Part shown: piece after piece, positions 10,191 through 21,873 of the stretch
Layout: each line of letters begins with the position of its first letter
Position numbering within the stretch: position 1 is the stretch's first letter
Source: an uncultured Gemmatimonadales bacterium
GTDB taxonomy: Bacteria; Gemmatimonadota; Gemmatimonadetes; Gemmatimonadales; GWC2-71-9
NCBI GenBank assembly: GCA_963842945.1
Contig: CAWJIM010000001.1
Coordinates: forward strand, 96,001 to 160,000
Reading direction: 5' to 3'
DNA: 64,000 nucleotides
Position numbers and translations under genes: made by a program
The notes under the pieces: model-generated
What the model was told of the DNA's origin: nothing
Databases searched by the model: none
Seen by the model: the letters and a program-made list of their open reading frames with translations, nothing else

Positions 10191-11217
10191 GGTGGCCTCG
10201 TTTGGGCGCCAGCTCCTCCAGCTCGTCCACGATCCGCGCCAGCCGGTACATCGCCGCCTGAGCTCGGAGAAATTGCCGGTGGGGGCGGGCCGGGTGACCG
10301 CTGAAGGAGGCGCCCGGCGGAACATCGCCGAAAATGGCGCTCTTGGCCGCGATCCTGGCCCGATCGCCGATGAGCAAATGATCGGTCACTCCAACGTGCC
10401 CGGCCAAAATCACATCGTTGCCCACCCGCGTACTGCCGGCAATGCCGACGCCGGCCATGACCAGGCACCGCTCGCCGATTTGTACGTTATGTCCTACCTG
10501 GACCAGATTGTCGAGCTTGGTGCCGCGGCCGATCACGGTATCGTCGATGCTCCCCCGATCGATACAGGTATTGGAGCCAACCTCTACGTCGTCCTCCAGG
10601 ACGCAACCACCGAGGTGAGGTATTCGGCTGTGCCCCTTGCCGTCGGACAGATAGCCAAACCCGTCGCCCCCGATTATCGCACCGGCTTTGAGCACCACCC
10701 GATGACCGATGCGGGTGCCGGCGTAGCACACCACCCCCGGGCCGAGCACGGCGTCATCACCTACCACGACGCCGTCGCCTACAGAGACATGCTCCGCCAG
10801 TCTGGTGCCCGCTCCAATCTGGACACCGCGCCCGATCACAACGTAGGGACCGATGGACACGGCTGCGCCGAGCCGGGTTCCGGAGCCGATCCGGGCGGAG
10901 GGATCGATGCCCGGGCCCAGCGTGCTCGGCGGAAACAGGGTCCCGATGACGCGGACCAGCGCCTTGTAGGGATCGGGTACGACGATGCGGGCGGGAGGGC
11001 CACTCGGGCCTGCGGCCAACTCTTCAGGGATCAGGACGGCCCCGGCCCGGGAGGTACTGAGATCGGTGGCGTATCGAGAGGAGACGGCGAAGGAAAGCGC
11101 CTCGGGACCAGCCCGGCTCAGCGGCCGGATCGAGTCGATTCGCACAGCCCCGTCACCAATCAGGCGGCCACCGACGAGATCGGCGACCGCCTGCGCGGTA
11201 AGGCCGCCAGCCGTCAC
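10183..11217 (-). CDS. lpxD: UDP-3-O-acylglucosamine N-acyltransferase
   Basis: Hexapeptide repeats, GGDGFGY, IDRG, KLDNLVQVGHNV. Confidence 0.95.
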   Translation of the reverse strand: MTAGGLTAQAVADLVGGRLIGDGAVRIDSIRPLSRAGPEALSFAVSSRYATDLSTSRAGAVLIPEELAAGPSGPPARIVVPDPYKALVRVIGTLFPPSTLGPGIDPSARIGSGTRLGAAVSIGPYVVIGRGVQIGAGTRLAEHVSVGDGVVVGDDAVLGPGVVCYAGTRIGHRVVLKAGAIIGGDGFGYLSDGKGHSRIPHLGGCVLEDDVEVGSNTCIDRGSIDDTVIGRGTKLDNLVQVGHNVQIGERCLVMAGVGIAGSTRVGNDVILAGHVGVTDHLLIGDRARIAAKSAIFGDVPPGASFSGHPARPHRQFLRAQAAMYRLARIVDELEELAPKRGHRA

Positions 11218-11221
11218 GCGA

Positions 11222-11761
11222 CTAGCTGCCCGCTTTGAGCTGCTGGATGACGCGCTGAGTCAAATCCAGCGATTTATCCGCGGTGACGATCCCGTTGTTG
11301 GGCGCGCTGACGTCGAAAATTATGGCGTAGTTCCCCGCCGCACGCACGCCCTCGATCACACTATTGACCTTGGTCTGAATCGGATCGAGCAGTTCCCGCT
11401 CTCGGGTGGCGGCCTTCTGCTGCAGCTCCTGAGTGCGCTGCTCCAGCTTCTGCTGCTGGGCCTGGAGGTCTTTCCGCTTGGCGGCTCGCTGGGTGGGACT
11501 GAGCATGACCGATTGCTGATCAAAGTCGGAGGCGGCAGAGTCCAGGCTGGCCTGGAGCTTCTGCACTTCAACCCGGTAAGTCGCCAGCTCTTTGGTAAAG
11601 GTCGATTCGGCTTTGACGTATCCGGGGGTCTGTTTCAGGATCGCCTGGGTATTGACGTAGGCAATCTTGGGGTTCCCGGCCTGCTGAGCAGCGAGCGACC
11701 CGGTTCCCGCCACCGACAACGCGGCCAACCCCAGCCAGACTCCAACGACGACAAGCTTCAT
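11222..11761 (-). CDS. skp: OmpH/Skp outer membrane chaperone
   Basis: Signal peptide, KIAYVN, long coiled coil, DLTQRV; between bamA and lpxD. Confidence 0.9.
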   Translation of the reverse strand: MKLVVVGVWLGLAALSVAGTGSLAAQQAGNPKIAYVNTQAILKQTPGYVKAESTFTKELATYRVEVQKLQASLDSAASDFDQQSVMLSPTQRAAKRKDLQAQQQKLEQRTQELQQKAATRERELLDPIQTKVNSVIEGVRAAGNYAIIFDVSAPNNGIVTADKSLDLTQRVIQQLKAGS

Positions 11762-11791
11762 GCTTCACTCCCGATGAAAGGTGCGTACGAC

Positions 11792-14186
11792 TTAGAAGAA
11801 GTTCCCCAGCTTGAAATGGAGCTGCCACCCCGGGTTGGGACGGCCAGTGATGTCGACCTTGTCGAAGCCGTAGGCCAGATCTACCCCGATCGGCCCCAGG
11901 GGTGAGATTACTGCCGCTCCGAAGCCCCCACCCCGGAACAGTCTGGTCGGATCCCACTGGCGGGCAGAGCGGTAGACGTTACCGGCGTCGAAGAAGGTAC
12001 TCAGATAGAGCGACTGACTGATCCGTGCCCCGGCCTCCACCGTGAACGCGGCGTAGGACTCTCCGAAGGATCGTGAGCTCGCGGCCGTCCCGCCCCCAGC
12101 GCTCGGGATCGAAGCCACTCGGGGTGATGGAGAACTCATCGTAGCCCCGCAGCGGAATCCCGTACTGCACGCCTCCCAAGGCGTACAGGTCCTGATAGAA
12201 GGGCCCGGCATCGCCAAACACAAACCCCGATTTTGCGGTCAATCCGAGCACGAACTGCACTCCGGCGCCGAGCTGACCGCCGCCTCCCATGCTGCCCAGC
12301 GGTGCATACCAGCGTCCCTCCAGATCTATTTTCTGGAAGTCGCCGGTGCCGCCGAGGAATCCGCCGGTAAGCTCTCCGGCGGCGGTGGTCATGATTCCGC
12401 CGGTGGCGAAAGGAAGACCAACCCGGGTGTCCCGGACCAAGCTGGCACCCAAGCTGGATTTGGTGCACCCCACGGGACAACGGAACTGCTGCTGGATATC
12501 GGCAGAGCCACCCTCATACCGGATGTCCTGCAGCGAGTATGAGGTGAACAGGCGGGTGTAGCGAGAGCCCATGAAGGGGAAGCCCAGCTGGAAGCTCCCG
12601 CCCGTCTGCTTCCGCCGGCCCAGCTCTCCGACAGTGTAACGCGCCCGGGAATCGAAGAGCGAGAGGGTTCCCGAGATCCGGCTTTCCCGAATGGCCGGAT
12701 CGGTGTAGCTCAGAGTGAAGTCGTTGATGTTCTTGCCGAACTGCCATTGAAGCTTGCCCCGTTTCCCCCGCCCGAACAGGTTCGGCTCCTCCAGACCCAG
12801 GAAGCCGCCCACTCCGGTGCCCTGTCCCAATGAGGCGCCAAAGTTGATGTTCCCAGTGCGGCGCTCTTCGACGCGGAAGATGATATCAACGTCGGCACCG
12901 TTGGCGGACGGCTTTACGTCCGGCGGGGGCATCGGCTGCTGAAAGAACCCGAGGTTCGCCACGTTCTGGTAGGAACGGACCAGCCGATCCTGGCTGAAGA
13001 GATCTCCCGGCAGCATGACGATCGCTTCGCGAATAACCCGCTCGTGGGTGACATCGTTGCCGACGATCTCGATCTTGTTGATCGTGGCCGGCGCTCCTTC
13101 CCTGATGTTCCAGCGCAGGTCCACCAGCGGAAGTCCTTTGGGACCGGTGCGCCGAATCTCCTCCGGCTGCACCTGAGCGTAGATGTAACCGTTATTGGCG
13201 TAGAGCTTCTGGATCTTGTCGGTGGCTTCGGTCCACTGGGTCTGGCTGAACGGCCGGGAGCCGGTTACCGGAGCACCGGTTGGCCCCACAGGCCCGAACG
13301 GATAGAACGCCCGCAGTTCCTCGGTCGAGAAGCGGCGATTTCCCTCGATATCAAAGGTCCCCACCCGGTAATACTCACCCTCGTCCACCGTCAGATGCAG
13401 GATGGCCTTGCCTCCGGTGGAGTCCGAGATCAGAGAGTCCTCGGTGACCTGGAAGTCGACGTAGCCGTGGTCCGCATACCAGTTGGGTAACCGTTCGCGC
13501 ACATCCTGCTCCACGGTGCGCTCATCGTACTCGCCCTTCTGGAACCACCAGAACCCTTCCGGGTGGCTGGCCATGTGCTTGATCAGGGCCTGGTCGCTGA
13601 AGTGCTTGTTGCCCTCCACCACCACCTGGCTGATGGCCACCCGTCTGCCCTCGGTAACGTCAAAGACGACCCGGGCCCGGCCCGGCTGCGGGGTCACCTG
13701 CACGACCTTGATCCGGGAGGCGTAATAGCCCTGATGCTTATACAGGGAATCGATGGCCGCGCGCGCCTGCTCCACCGCATTCCGGTCGAGCGGACGGCCT
13801 TCGGTCAGATGGACTCGACCTTTGACCTCGCCCTCGCCCACCCGATTGACGCCCCGCACCGTCCACTTCTCCAGCACCGGGCGTTCCTTGACCCGCAGCA
13901 CCAGCACCAGGTGCTGTCCCTGGTTCCGCTGCTCTACCAGGACGTCGTCGAACTGGCCGGTCTGGAATAGCGCGGTGATGGCCCGCTGGATGTCGCGGTA
14001 GTTGATGGGCTGGTGAACGATGATGCCCGAGCTGCCGATGATCTGGGAGGGAGTGAGGCGCTGGTTGCCCTCGACTGCGATACTGTCAACCGCCGGCGGG
14101 CCGGGCTCCTGAGCCGCCAGAACCGCCTGCCCTCCGCAGGGGAGTGAACAGGCGGCAAGAATCCAGAGAATACGACGCATCAGCAC
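11792..14186 (-). CDS. bamA: Outer membrane protein assembly factor BamA (frameshift near 12100)
   Basis: POTRA repeats (VEGNQR, IVGNDVTHERVIRE), LRGYDE, SPLGPI, C-terminal aromatic KLGNFF. Confidence 0.93.
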
Positions 14187-14200
14187 GGGGCGGAGGGTAA

Positions 14201-14233
14201 GCGCGGCGGGCCTCCACCGGAAGCCCGCCGCGC
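14201..14233. terminator. GC-rich hairpin between clpC and bamA (possible terminator or processing site)
   Basis: GCGCGGCGGGC...GCCCGCCGCGC 11-bp inverted repeat; U-tract weak. Confidence 0.5.
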
Positions 14234-14237
14234 GGCA

Positions 14238-16709
14238 CTAGGCCTGGGTACCGGTCAGCGCCCGGAAGACCAGCCGTTCGCCGTCCGGCGAAACATCTAC
14301 TTCGATCTCGTCTCCCCGGCCGAAGTCGCCCAGCAGGATCTTCTCGCTGAGCGGATCCTCGATGTAGCGCTGAATGGAACGCTTCAGCGGGCGGGCTCCG
14401 TAGTTCTGGTCGTAGCCGTGCTCCACCAGGAACTCGGTGGCCGCGGGTGTGAGCTTGACCTCGTCGCCCAGACGCCGCTGCACTTCGCGGAGCAGGATGG
14501 TCACGATCTGTGCGATGTGATCCTTGTCCAGCGGGTGGAAGACAATGACGTCGTCCAGTCGATTCAGGAACTCCGGGTTGAAGACCTTGTTCATCTCCTC
14601 CTTGACCGTGTCCTGCATCTTCTCGAAGCTCCGGCGCTGATCGCCCCCGTGGAATCCGAGCGTTTTGCCCTGCATGATGTCGCGGGCGCCGACGTTGGAG
14701 GTCATGATCACCACGGTGTTCTTGAAGTCGATCACCCGGCCATAGTTGTCGGTGAGATGTCCCTCATCGAGCACCTGGAGCAGGATGTTGAACACATCGG
14801 GGTGCGCCTTTTCAATCTCGTCCAGCAACACCACCGAGTAGGGCTTCCGCCGTACTGCCTTGGTGAGAGTGCCGGAATCTTCGTAGCCGACGTAACCCGG
14901 AGGCGCACCGATCAGGCGCGAGACCGAGAACTTCTCCATGTACTCCGACATGTCCACCCGAATGAGAGCGGAGGCGTCGGCGAAGAGAAACCTGGCCAGG
15001 GCCCGGGCCAGCTCGGTCTTTCCCACCCCGGTCGGGCCGGAGAAGATGAACGAACCGATGGGCCGGTCGGGATCCTTGAGCCCTGCCCGGGAACGGCGGA
15101 TAGCCCGGGACACGGCCTTGATTGCCTCGTCCTGGCCCACCACGGATCCGTGCAGCTCGTCTTCCATCCGCATGAGCCGAGCGGTCTCGGCCTCCTGCAG
15201 CCGGGTGACGGGAATACCGGTCCAGCGTGACACGATGAAGGCGATTGCCTCCTCGTCGATCACCGGCCGCTTGGTTTGGCGTTCGCGCTCCCACTCCTCG
15301 TTCTTGAGCCGGATCTGATTCTGCAGATCGCGCTCCTGGTCGCGCAGGGAGGCGGCCCGCTCGAAGTTCTGATCCCGAACGGCGTCTTCCTTCTGCACAT
15401 TGACCTTTTCCAGCGCCGTCTTCAGCTCCGCCACCTCGGCCGGCGGAACCTGCGACGCGAGCCGCGCCCGAGCTCCAGCCTCATCGATGACGTCGATAGC
15501 CTTATCGGGCAGGAACCGGTCGGTGATGTAACGCTCGGAAAGCTCCGCCGCCGCGCTCAGCGTGGCGTCGGGGATGCTGATCCGATGATGGTCCTCGTAC
15601 TTCTTCCGCAGCCCCTTGAGGATCTCGACCGTCTCTCCCACAGTGGGTGGTTCGACCACCACAGTCTGGAAGCGGCGCTCCAGCGCACCGTCCTTCTCGA
15701 TGTACTTGCGATACTCGTTGAGGGTCGAGGCGCCTACGCACTGCAGCTCACCCCGGGCCAGAGCCGGCTTCAGCATGTTCGAGGCGTCGATGGCACCCTC
15801 CGCGGCGCCCGCGCCGACGAGCGTGTGCAGCTCGTCGATGAACAGGATGATCTGCTTGTTCTGGGCGATCTCGTTCATGACGGCCTTGAGCCGCTCCTCG
15901 AACTGACCGCGATACTTGGTGCCCGCTATCACGGCGGCCATGTCGAGCGACAGGACCCGGTGATCCCGCAGCACGTCGGGACAGAGTCCATTGGCGATCA
16001 GTAGCGCCAGGCCTTCCACGATGGCGGTCTTGCCCACGCCGGGCTCGCCGATCAGGACCGGGTTGTTCTTCTTGCGCCGGGCCAGGATCTCCATGACCCG
16101 CTCAATCTCCTTGGCCCGCCCGATGGTCGGGTCGAGCTGGCCTTCAGCGGCGAGCTGGGTGAGATCGCGGCAGAAGTGATCCAGCGCCGGGGTCTTCGAC
16201 TTCTTCTCCGACTTGGGGGTCGAGCTCGGCTGGCTGCTGCTCCCGCCGGCAGATGCCTGAGGCATGTCGCTGCCCAGGAGCCGCAACGTTTCAGCCCGCG
16301 ACTGCTCGAGGTTCACACCGGCGTCGGTCAGGACCTGCGCCGCGATGCCTTTCTCCTCCCGCAGCAGACCCAGCAGCAGGTGCTCGGTCCCCACGTAGGA
16401 GTGATTCAGCTCACGGGCTTCGGTCATCGCCAGCTCGAGCACCTTCTTGGCTCGAGAGGTATACGGCAGGTCGGGACCGGCGGCCGCGGCCGCTTTGCCC
16501 TTCTTTACCGTCTCCTCGATCTTCTGCTGGATGTCTTCCAGATCGACGTTCAGGTTAGTGAGGACTGCCGCCGCCACCCCCTCGCCCTCACGGATGAGGC
16601 CAAGGAGGATGTGCTCCGTCCCCACGTATTCGTGATGCAGGCGCGCCGCTTCCTCGCGAGCCATCTGCAGGACTTTTCGGACACGGTCGGTAAAGTTGTA
16701 TCCGTTCAT
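14238..16709 (-). CDS. clpC: ATP-dependent Clp protease ATPase subunit ClpC
   Basis: Two Clp-N repeats, [11 protein letters not shown] region, [15 protein letters not shown]; downstream of mcsB. Confidence 0.96.
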   Translation of the reverse strand: MNGYNFTDRVRKVLQMAREEAARLHHEYVGTEHILLGLIREGEGVAAAVLTNLNVDLEDIQQKIEETVKKGKAAAAAGPDLPYTSRAKKVLELAMTEARELNHSYVGTEHLLLGLLREEKGIAAQVLTDAGVNLEQSRAETLRLLGSDMPQASAGGSSSQPSSTPKSEKKSKTPALDHFCRDLTQLAAEGQLDPTIGRAKEIERVMEILARRKKNNPVLIGEPGVGKTAIVEGLALLIANGLCPDVLRDHRVLSLDMAAVIAGTKYRGQFEERLKAVMNEIAQNKQIILFIDELHTLVGAGAAEGAIDASNMLKPALARGELQCVGASTLNEYRKYIEKDGALERRFQTVVVEPPTVGETVEILKGLRKKYEDHHRISIPDATLSAAAELSERYITDRFLPDKAIDVIDEAGARARLASQVPPAEVAELKTALEKVNVQKEDAVRDQNFERAASLRDQERDLQNQIRLKNEEWERERQTKRPVIDEEAIAFIVSRWTGIPVTRLQEAETARLMRMEDELHGSVVGQDEAIKAVSRAIRRSRAGLKDPDRPIGSFIFSGPTGVGKTELARALARFLFADASALIRVDMSEYMEKFSVSRLIGAPPGYVGYEDSGTLTKAVRRKPYSVVLLDEIEKAHPDVFNILLQVLDEGHLTDNYGRVIDFKNTVVIMTSNVGARDIMQGKTLGFHGGDQRRSFEKMQDTVKEEMNKVFNPEFLNRLDDVIVFHPLDKDHIAQIVTILLREVQRRLGDEVKLTPAATEFLVEHGYDQNYGARPLKRSIQRYIEDPLSEKILLGDFGRGDEIEVDVSPDGERLVFRALTGTQA

Positions 16710-16749
16710 CTCGGTACCCTACGTAGCTCCGAAGGTCTGCCGTTGCGGC

Positions 16750-17832
16750 TCATCCGCGACGTCCCACTTCGGATTCCAACACTTTGCGCACGAACTGTGC
16801 CCGCCGCACCGGCAGCTCCGGATCGTTGGGAGCCACCCCTTCTGCCACCGCCAAATGCGCCGGTTGGGTGTACACCAACAACTTGTTAAGCGTATACATG
16901 CCGACGTCGGGAATGAGGCTGACTCCCACGCCCAGGCGCACGCCGCTCAACAGGTTCATGGCCTCTTCGAACGACAGGGCTCGTGCATAACGAAGGAGGC
17001 CATAGGCACGCCAGACCTTGTCCTCGATGATCGCAGGAGCGTCCCGCAACAGCACCTGCCGGGCCTGCTCTTCATAGTCCATGACCTGCCGGACCATCTT
17101 GCCCAGATGGTCGAGCAACTCATACTCGGAACTACCGAGCGTGGTCTGGTTGGACAGTTGGAAGAAGTTGCCGACGACCTCGCTGCCCTCTCCGTACAGG
17201 CCGCGAAAAGTCAGTCCAACCTGAGCCAGGCCCTGTAGAACCTTGGAGATTTCCTTGGTCAACACCAGGCCGGGCAGATGAATCAACACCGAGGCCCGAA
17301 GTCCGGTGCCGACGTTGGTCGGACAGGAGGTAAGGTAACCAAACTCAGAATGGAATGCGAATGCAAGTCGTTGTCCCAGTTCGGCGTCCAGCCGATCTAC
17401 CTCGGCGTATGCCGCGTCCAGCGCAAAGCCGGAATGAAGACCCTGAAGCCGCAGGTGATCTTCCTCGTTGAGCATCACACCCAGCCGGTCCTGCACCAGC
17501 ACCGAGGCCCCGGAGCGCACCCGCCCGTCGGCGTCCAGTCCGGCTAACTCCTTACTCACCAAGTGGCGTTCGTGCAGCAGCTGGCGGTCAGTCCGTTCCA
17601 GCCGGTCGAGCCGGAACTTGATTGCGCGCCGCAGCAACACGGTGTCGCGGGCCGCGGCCTCGACCGTCTGGAGAATATCTTCTCGCTCCGTCTCCGAATT
17701 GCGTCCCTGGAAGACGCGGCCGGCCAGATTGCGAGCCAGCCGGATCCGGGTCGAGAGCACGAGATGACTCGAGGGCCCGCTGGCGTCGAGCCATCCGACC
17801 CCGCCGTCTGTCAGCAGGCTGAGATCGATCAT
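16750..17832 (-). CDS. mcsB: Protein arginine kinase McsB
   Basis: STRIRLARN, NEEDHLR, GYLTSCPTNVGTGLRAS, RGLYGEGS, QLSNQ. Confidence 0.95.
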   Translation of the reverse strand: MIDLSLLTDGGVGWLDASGPSSHLVLSTRIRLARNLAGRVFQGRNSETEREDILQTVEAAARDTVLLRRAIKFRLDRLERTDRQLLHERHLVSKELAGLDADGRVRSGASVLVQDRLGVMLNEEDHLRLQGLHSGFALDAAYAEVDRLDAELGQRLAFAFHSEFGYLTSCPTNVGTGLRASVLIHLPGLVLTKEISKVLQGLAQVGLTFRGLYGEGSEVVGNFFQLSNQTTLGSSEYELLDHLGKMVRQVMDYEEQARQVLLRDAPAIIEDKVWRAYGLLRYARALSFEEAMNLLSGVRLGVGVSLIPDVGMYTLNKLLVYTQPAHLAVAEGVAPNDPELPVRRAQFVRKVLESEVGRRG

Positions 17833-18326
17833 TCCAGCACCCGAAGCCGGTCCCGAAGCTCGGCGGCAAGCTCGAAGTTTTCGGTTTCAACGGCGAGCCG
17901 CAGCTGCTCCCGCAGCTCCACGGCCTGGTGTCGCTCCTCGGGCGGGGCAGTCTCACGATCGCTGTAGCGCTCACCCATGTGGTGGGTAGAGCCATGGAGG
18001 CGGCGCAGCAGATCCCGCAGCGGCACCTCGAAGGAGCGATAGCAGTCCGGGCACCCCAGGCGGCCGCTCTCCCGGAAATCCTGGAGCGAGCCACCGCAGC
18101 GGGAGCAGCTCTCCCCCGTCCGCGGAGTCGTCGGCGTCTGTTCCGGCAGCTCCTGCCCCATGGCCGCGAGGAACGTCCCCAGTGGCGTCTTCGGCTGCGA
18201 GCCGGGGCTCTCCACGCCCTTTTCCGCAGCGCACCGCTCGCACAGGTGCAGCGTCGTGACCTGTTCGTTCACGATTTGGGTCAGGTGAATGACCGCCTCA
18301 CGTTCACGACACTGCTCACAGGACAT
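17829..18326 (-). CDS. mcsA: McsA activator (CxxC motifs, UVR domain)
   Basis: CEQC, CERC, CSRC, GRLGCPDCY, ENFELAAELRD. Confidence 0.93.
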   Translation of the reverse strand: MSCEQCREREAVIHLTQIVNEQVTTLHLCERCAAEKGVESPGSQPKTPLGTFLAAMGQELPEQTPTTPRTGESCSRCGGSLQDFRESGRLGCPDCYRSFEVPLRDLLRRLHGSTHHMGERYSDRETAPPEERHQAVELREQLRLAVETENFELAAELRDRLRVLE

Positions 18327-19027
18327 CAGGGCATGAACTCCACGCTGGAGAGCGGAACCAGACGTCCCCCATCGAGCGAGAGGACCCGGTCGGCCCGGCC
18401 CGCCAGCGCTCGATTATGGGTCACCACCACCAACGCGGTCTCGAACTCCCGCGACAGGTGGGCAAACAACTGGTGAAGACGCTCGCTGTTGGTGTAGTCC
18501 AGGTTGCCCGAAGGCTCGTCGGCCAACACCACGAGCGGGTCCGCCACCAGAGCCCGCGCCACGGCCGCCCGTTGCTGCTCTCCACCGGAGAGCTGAGACG
18601 GCCGGTGCGACATGCGGCCGGCCAACCCCACCGCGGCCAGCAACTCCTCCGCCCGGCTCCGGGCCTTGGCATCGTCCTCGCCCGCGATCAGGAGGGGCAT
18701 CATCACGTTCTCCAGGGCGGTAAACTCCCGGAGCAGGTGATGGAACTGAAACACAAAACCGAGCTTCTTGTTCCGCACCGCGGCCAGAGCTTCCGCGGTA
18801 TGGTCGTCGTAGGACTGACCTGCCAGCCGTACGGTTCCGCCGGAAGGACTGTCCAAGGCGCCCAGCAGATGGAGTAGCGTACTCTTCCCCGATCCGCTGG
18901 ACCCGACGATGGCCACGAACTCTCCCCGGTCGACGCTCAGATCGATGCCCGCCAGCACCTCGATCGGGTTGCCATCCCCGCCCCGGTACACCTTGCGCAG
19001 TCCCTGGGCCTCGAGCATTGCCGTCAT
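18326..19027 (-). CDS. lolD: Lipoprotein-releasing ABC transporter ATPase
   Basis: GSSGSGKST, FVFQFHHLL, LSGGEQQR, ADEPSGNLD. Confidence 0.9.
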   Translation of the reverse strand: MTAMLEAQGLRKVYRGGDGNPIEVLAGIDLSVDRGEFVAIVGSSGSGKSTLLHLLGALDSPSGGTVRLAGQSYDDHTAEALAAVRNKKLGFVFQFHHLLREFTALENVMMPLLIAGEDDAKARSRAEELLAAVGLAGRMSHRPSQLSGGEQQRAAVARALVADPLVVLADEPSGNLDYTNSERLHQLFAHLSREFETALVVVTHNRALAGRADRVLSLDGGRLVPLSSVEFMP

Positions 19028-20364
19028 TCGTGGCGGATGGCCTCAACTGGAGTGAGGGCCGCAGCGGAGCGCGAGGGATACACAGTGGCAAAGAGGGCGA
19101 TGGCCAGACTGGCAAGCACCACGACCGCTACGTCCTTCAGCTCGATGTGCACTGGAAGGTGGTCAATGAAGTATATCGCGGGATTGATCCGGACCCAGCC
19201 CGACTTGTCGACCACATAGGAGACCGACAGCCCCAGGCACCAGCCCAATGGCGGTACCCACCACGCCGATCACCGCGCCCTGCACCAGAAACACCCGGGC
19301 CACCGCGGGTGCGGTGAGACCCATGGCGCGGAGAATTCCGATCTCGCGGGTCTTGTCGGTTACTACCATGGTAAGGGTTCCGACGATATTGAAGGCTGCC
19401 ACCACCATGATAAAAAAGATAATCAGCCCCATTGCGAGCTTCTCCAGCTGCAACGCGCTGAAGAGACCCGAGTTTTGGGTCTGCCAATCGAGCGTGCGAT
19501 AGGGGTAGCCGAGTTGCCGCGCCAGGACCTCTCCAATCTGGGGCGCGCGGTTGGGATCGTTCACCCGCACCGCAATTCCGGACACCGCATTGCCCAGGCC
19601 GGTAAAGCGCTGGGCCAGGGCCAGCGGCATGACCACAAACTGGTTGTCGTACTGAAACATTCCCGTGTCGAAGAGACCCGTAACCTCGAACTTCCAAAAT
19701 CGAGGCACAGCTACGCCTAAAGCCGGGTTGACCTTGGCCTGGGTAACCGGGACCAGGGTCACCACGTCTCCGGGATACACCGAGAGTCGGGAGGCGAGAC
19801 GCGATCCCAGCAGGATCCCGCCATCGACGCCGGGCTTGGTGGTCTTGAAGGACAGATCGCCCTTGGTGACCGACTGCGGGAGCGAGGTGACCGATCGGCG
19901 CCCGGTATCGGGATCGAAGCCGAGAAGATTCACGCCCTCGCCGTAATCCTGCCCGCGGTGATCCCTGCCTGACTGATTACCTCGGGACTGGCCGCAACCA
20001 CGCCCGGCTGTCGGCGCACACGCTGGAGCACCGATTGCCAATCATCCAGCCGAAGCCCCGAGCCGTAGGTGAGAACCCGGAGATGCGGATTGGCCACCAG
20101 TATCCGCTCCCTCAGGTCATCGCGTAGACCATTCATCACCCCCAGGACCACGATGAGCGCGGTGACTCCGACCGCCACCCCCCCGGTCGAGATGACCGTG
20201 TTGAGCGATGCCGTTCGGGAGTTTCGCCGGCTCCGCAGATACCGCCGGGCGATCCGCCACTCCAGCTTCGACGGCCAACGAAGACCAGCCAGCGCTTGCC
20301 GGACGGCCACACTCAATCGAGACAGCTTCCCCGCTGCCCCGCTGCCCTGCGGCCCTCCCGTCAT
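19024..20364 (-). CDS. Lipoprotein-releasing ABC transporter permease LolC/E (two frameshifts)
   Basis: [56 protein letters not shown] across three frames. Confidence 0.9.
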
Positions 20365-21873
20365 GACCCCTCCGGGCGCATGGCCGGAAAGATGATCACA
20401 TCTCGGATCGAAGGCTGATCGGCCAGCAGCATGATGAGACGATCGACGCCCAGCCCCATGCCTCCAGCCGGAGGCATTCCATACTCCAGGGCCCGGATGT
20501 AATCGGCATCGTAGCTGTGCGCTTCCGCATCTCCTCTGGTTCGCTGCTGCATCTGATCCTCGAATCGCCGGCGCTGATCGTCGGGATCGTTGAGCTCGCT
20601 GAAGGCATTCGCCAGCTCGCGGCCGCCGATGAAAAGCTCGAACCGTTCGGTCAGGCTGGGCTCGTCCCGGTGCTCCTTGGCCAGGGGAGACAGAGCTTTG
20701 GGGTAGTCCACCACGAAGGTGGGCTGGATCAGATGCGGCTCGACAAAGGTCTTGAAGACCTCATCCTGCAGCCGAGCTCCGGCGAGAGCCTCCACCGCCT
20801 CGGGTTCGCCCCCAGCGCGAAGCACCGCTCGGCGGAGCTCCTCTTCCGAGGCAGACGTCAGATCCAGCCCGGCCCGGTTTCCCACCGCATCGAGAAAGCG
20901 GACCCGGGGAAACGGCGGGGTGAAGTCCAAGGTGGTATCAAACCGCTCCAATACTGGGTCTCCAGGCAGTGCTCCACCACGCCCGCGACCATGGATTCGG
21001 TGAGCTCCATCATGTCACCATAGTCCGCGTAGGCCTGGTAGACCTCCAGCATCGTGAACTCGGGATTGTGAGTCCGGTCCATTCCCTCATTCCGGAAGTC
21101 GTGCCCGATCTCATACACTCGCTCGAATCCGCCGACCAGCAAACGTTTGAGGTACAGCTCGTCGGCGATCCTGAGATACAGCGGCATGTCCAGCGCGTGG
21201 TGGTGAGTAACGAAGGGCCGGGCAGCTGCGCCACCATAGAGCGGCTGGAGGATCGGCGTCTCCACCTCCAAAAAACCACGGTCATCCAGAAAGCGCCGCA
21301 TGTAGGCGACCGCTCTGGCCCGGAGCCGGAAGATCTGACGCACCTCCGGATGCACCGCGAGGTCAGCGTAACGCTGGCGGTAACGCACCTCCGGGTCCTG
21401 CAGGTCTCCGAAGCTGACCGGCCCGCTTTCGGTCTGCTGGGTCTTTCCCCGCGGGAGGGGCCGGAGGGACTTGGCCAGCATGGTGACGCTATCCGCCCGG
21501 ATGGTGATCTCCCCCTTCTTGGTCCGGAAGAGCGTTCCCTCCACCCCGATGTGGTCGTCCAGATCGAGCAACTCCACCAGCTCGTAGTGCGGGCCCAGCG
21601 CGTCACGCCGGAAATAGATCTGGATCCGGCCGCTGGGATCCTCCAGATGACCAAAGGCCGTTTTTCCGTGCGAGCCGAATCGATCCAGCCGACCGGCCAC
21701 CCGGACTCGAGGGCCGGACTCCCCCATTTCATCCCGGTATGCGGCTAGGGCTTCGGCGGCGGTGTGGGTGCGCTCGTAGCGATAGGCAAAGGCCGCACGC
21801 CGAGTGCCTCGAGCGCGGCTCGCTTTTCCCGGCGGGCCGCCTCTACGTAGGATCGCTCCTCCACCGTACTCAC
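20361..21873 (-). CDS. lysS: Lysine--tRNA ligase, class II (frameshifts near 21800 and 20950)
   Basis: [53 protein letters not shown] start overlaps prfB stop. Confidence 0.94.

Noticed and set aside
2643..16889. Long plus-strand ORFs antisense to gdhA, lpxB, lpxD and clpC
   Set aside because: Shadow ORFs expected in high-GC DNA; no recognisable motifs
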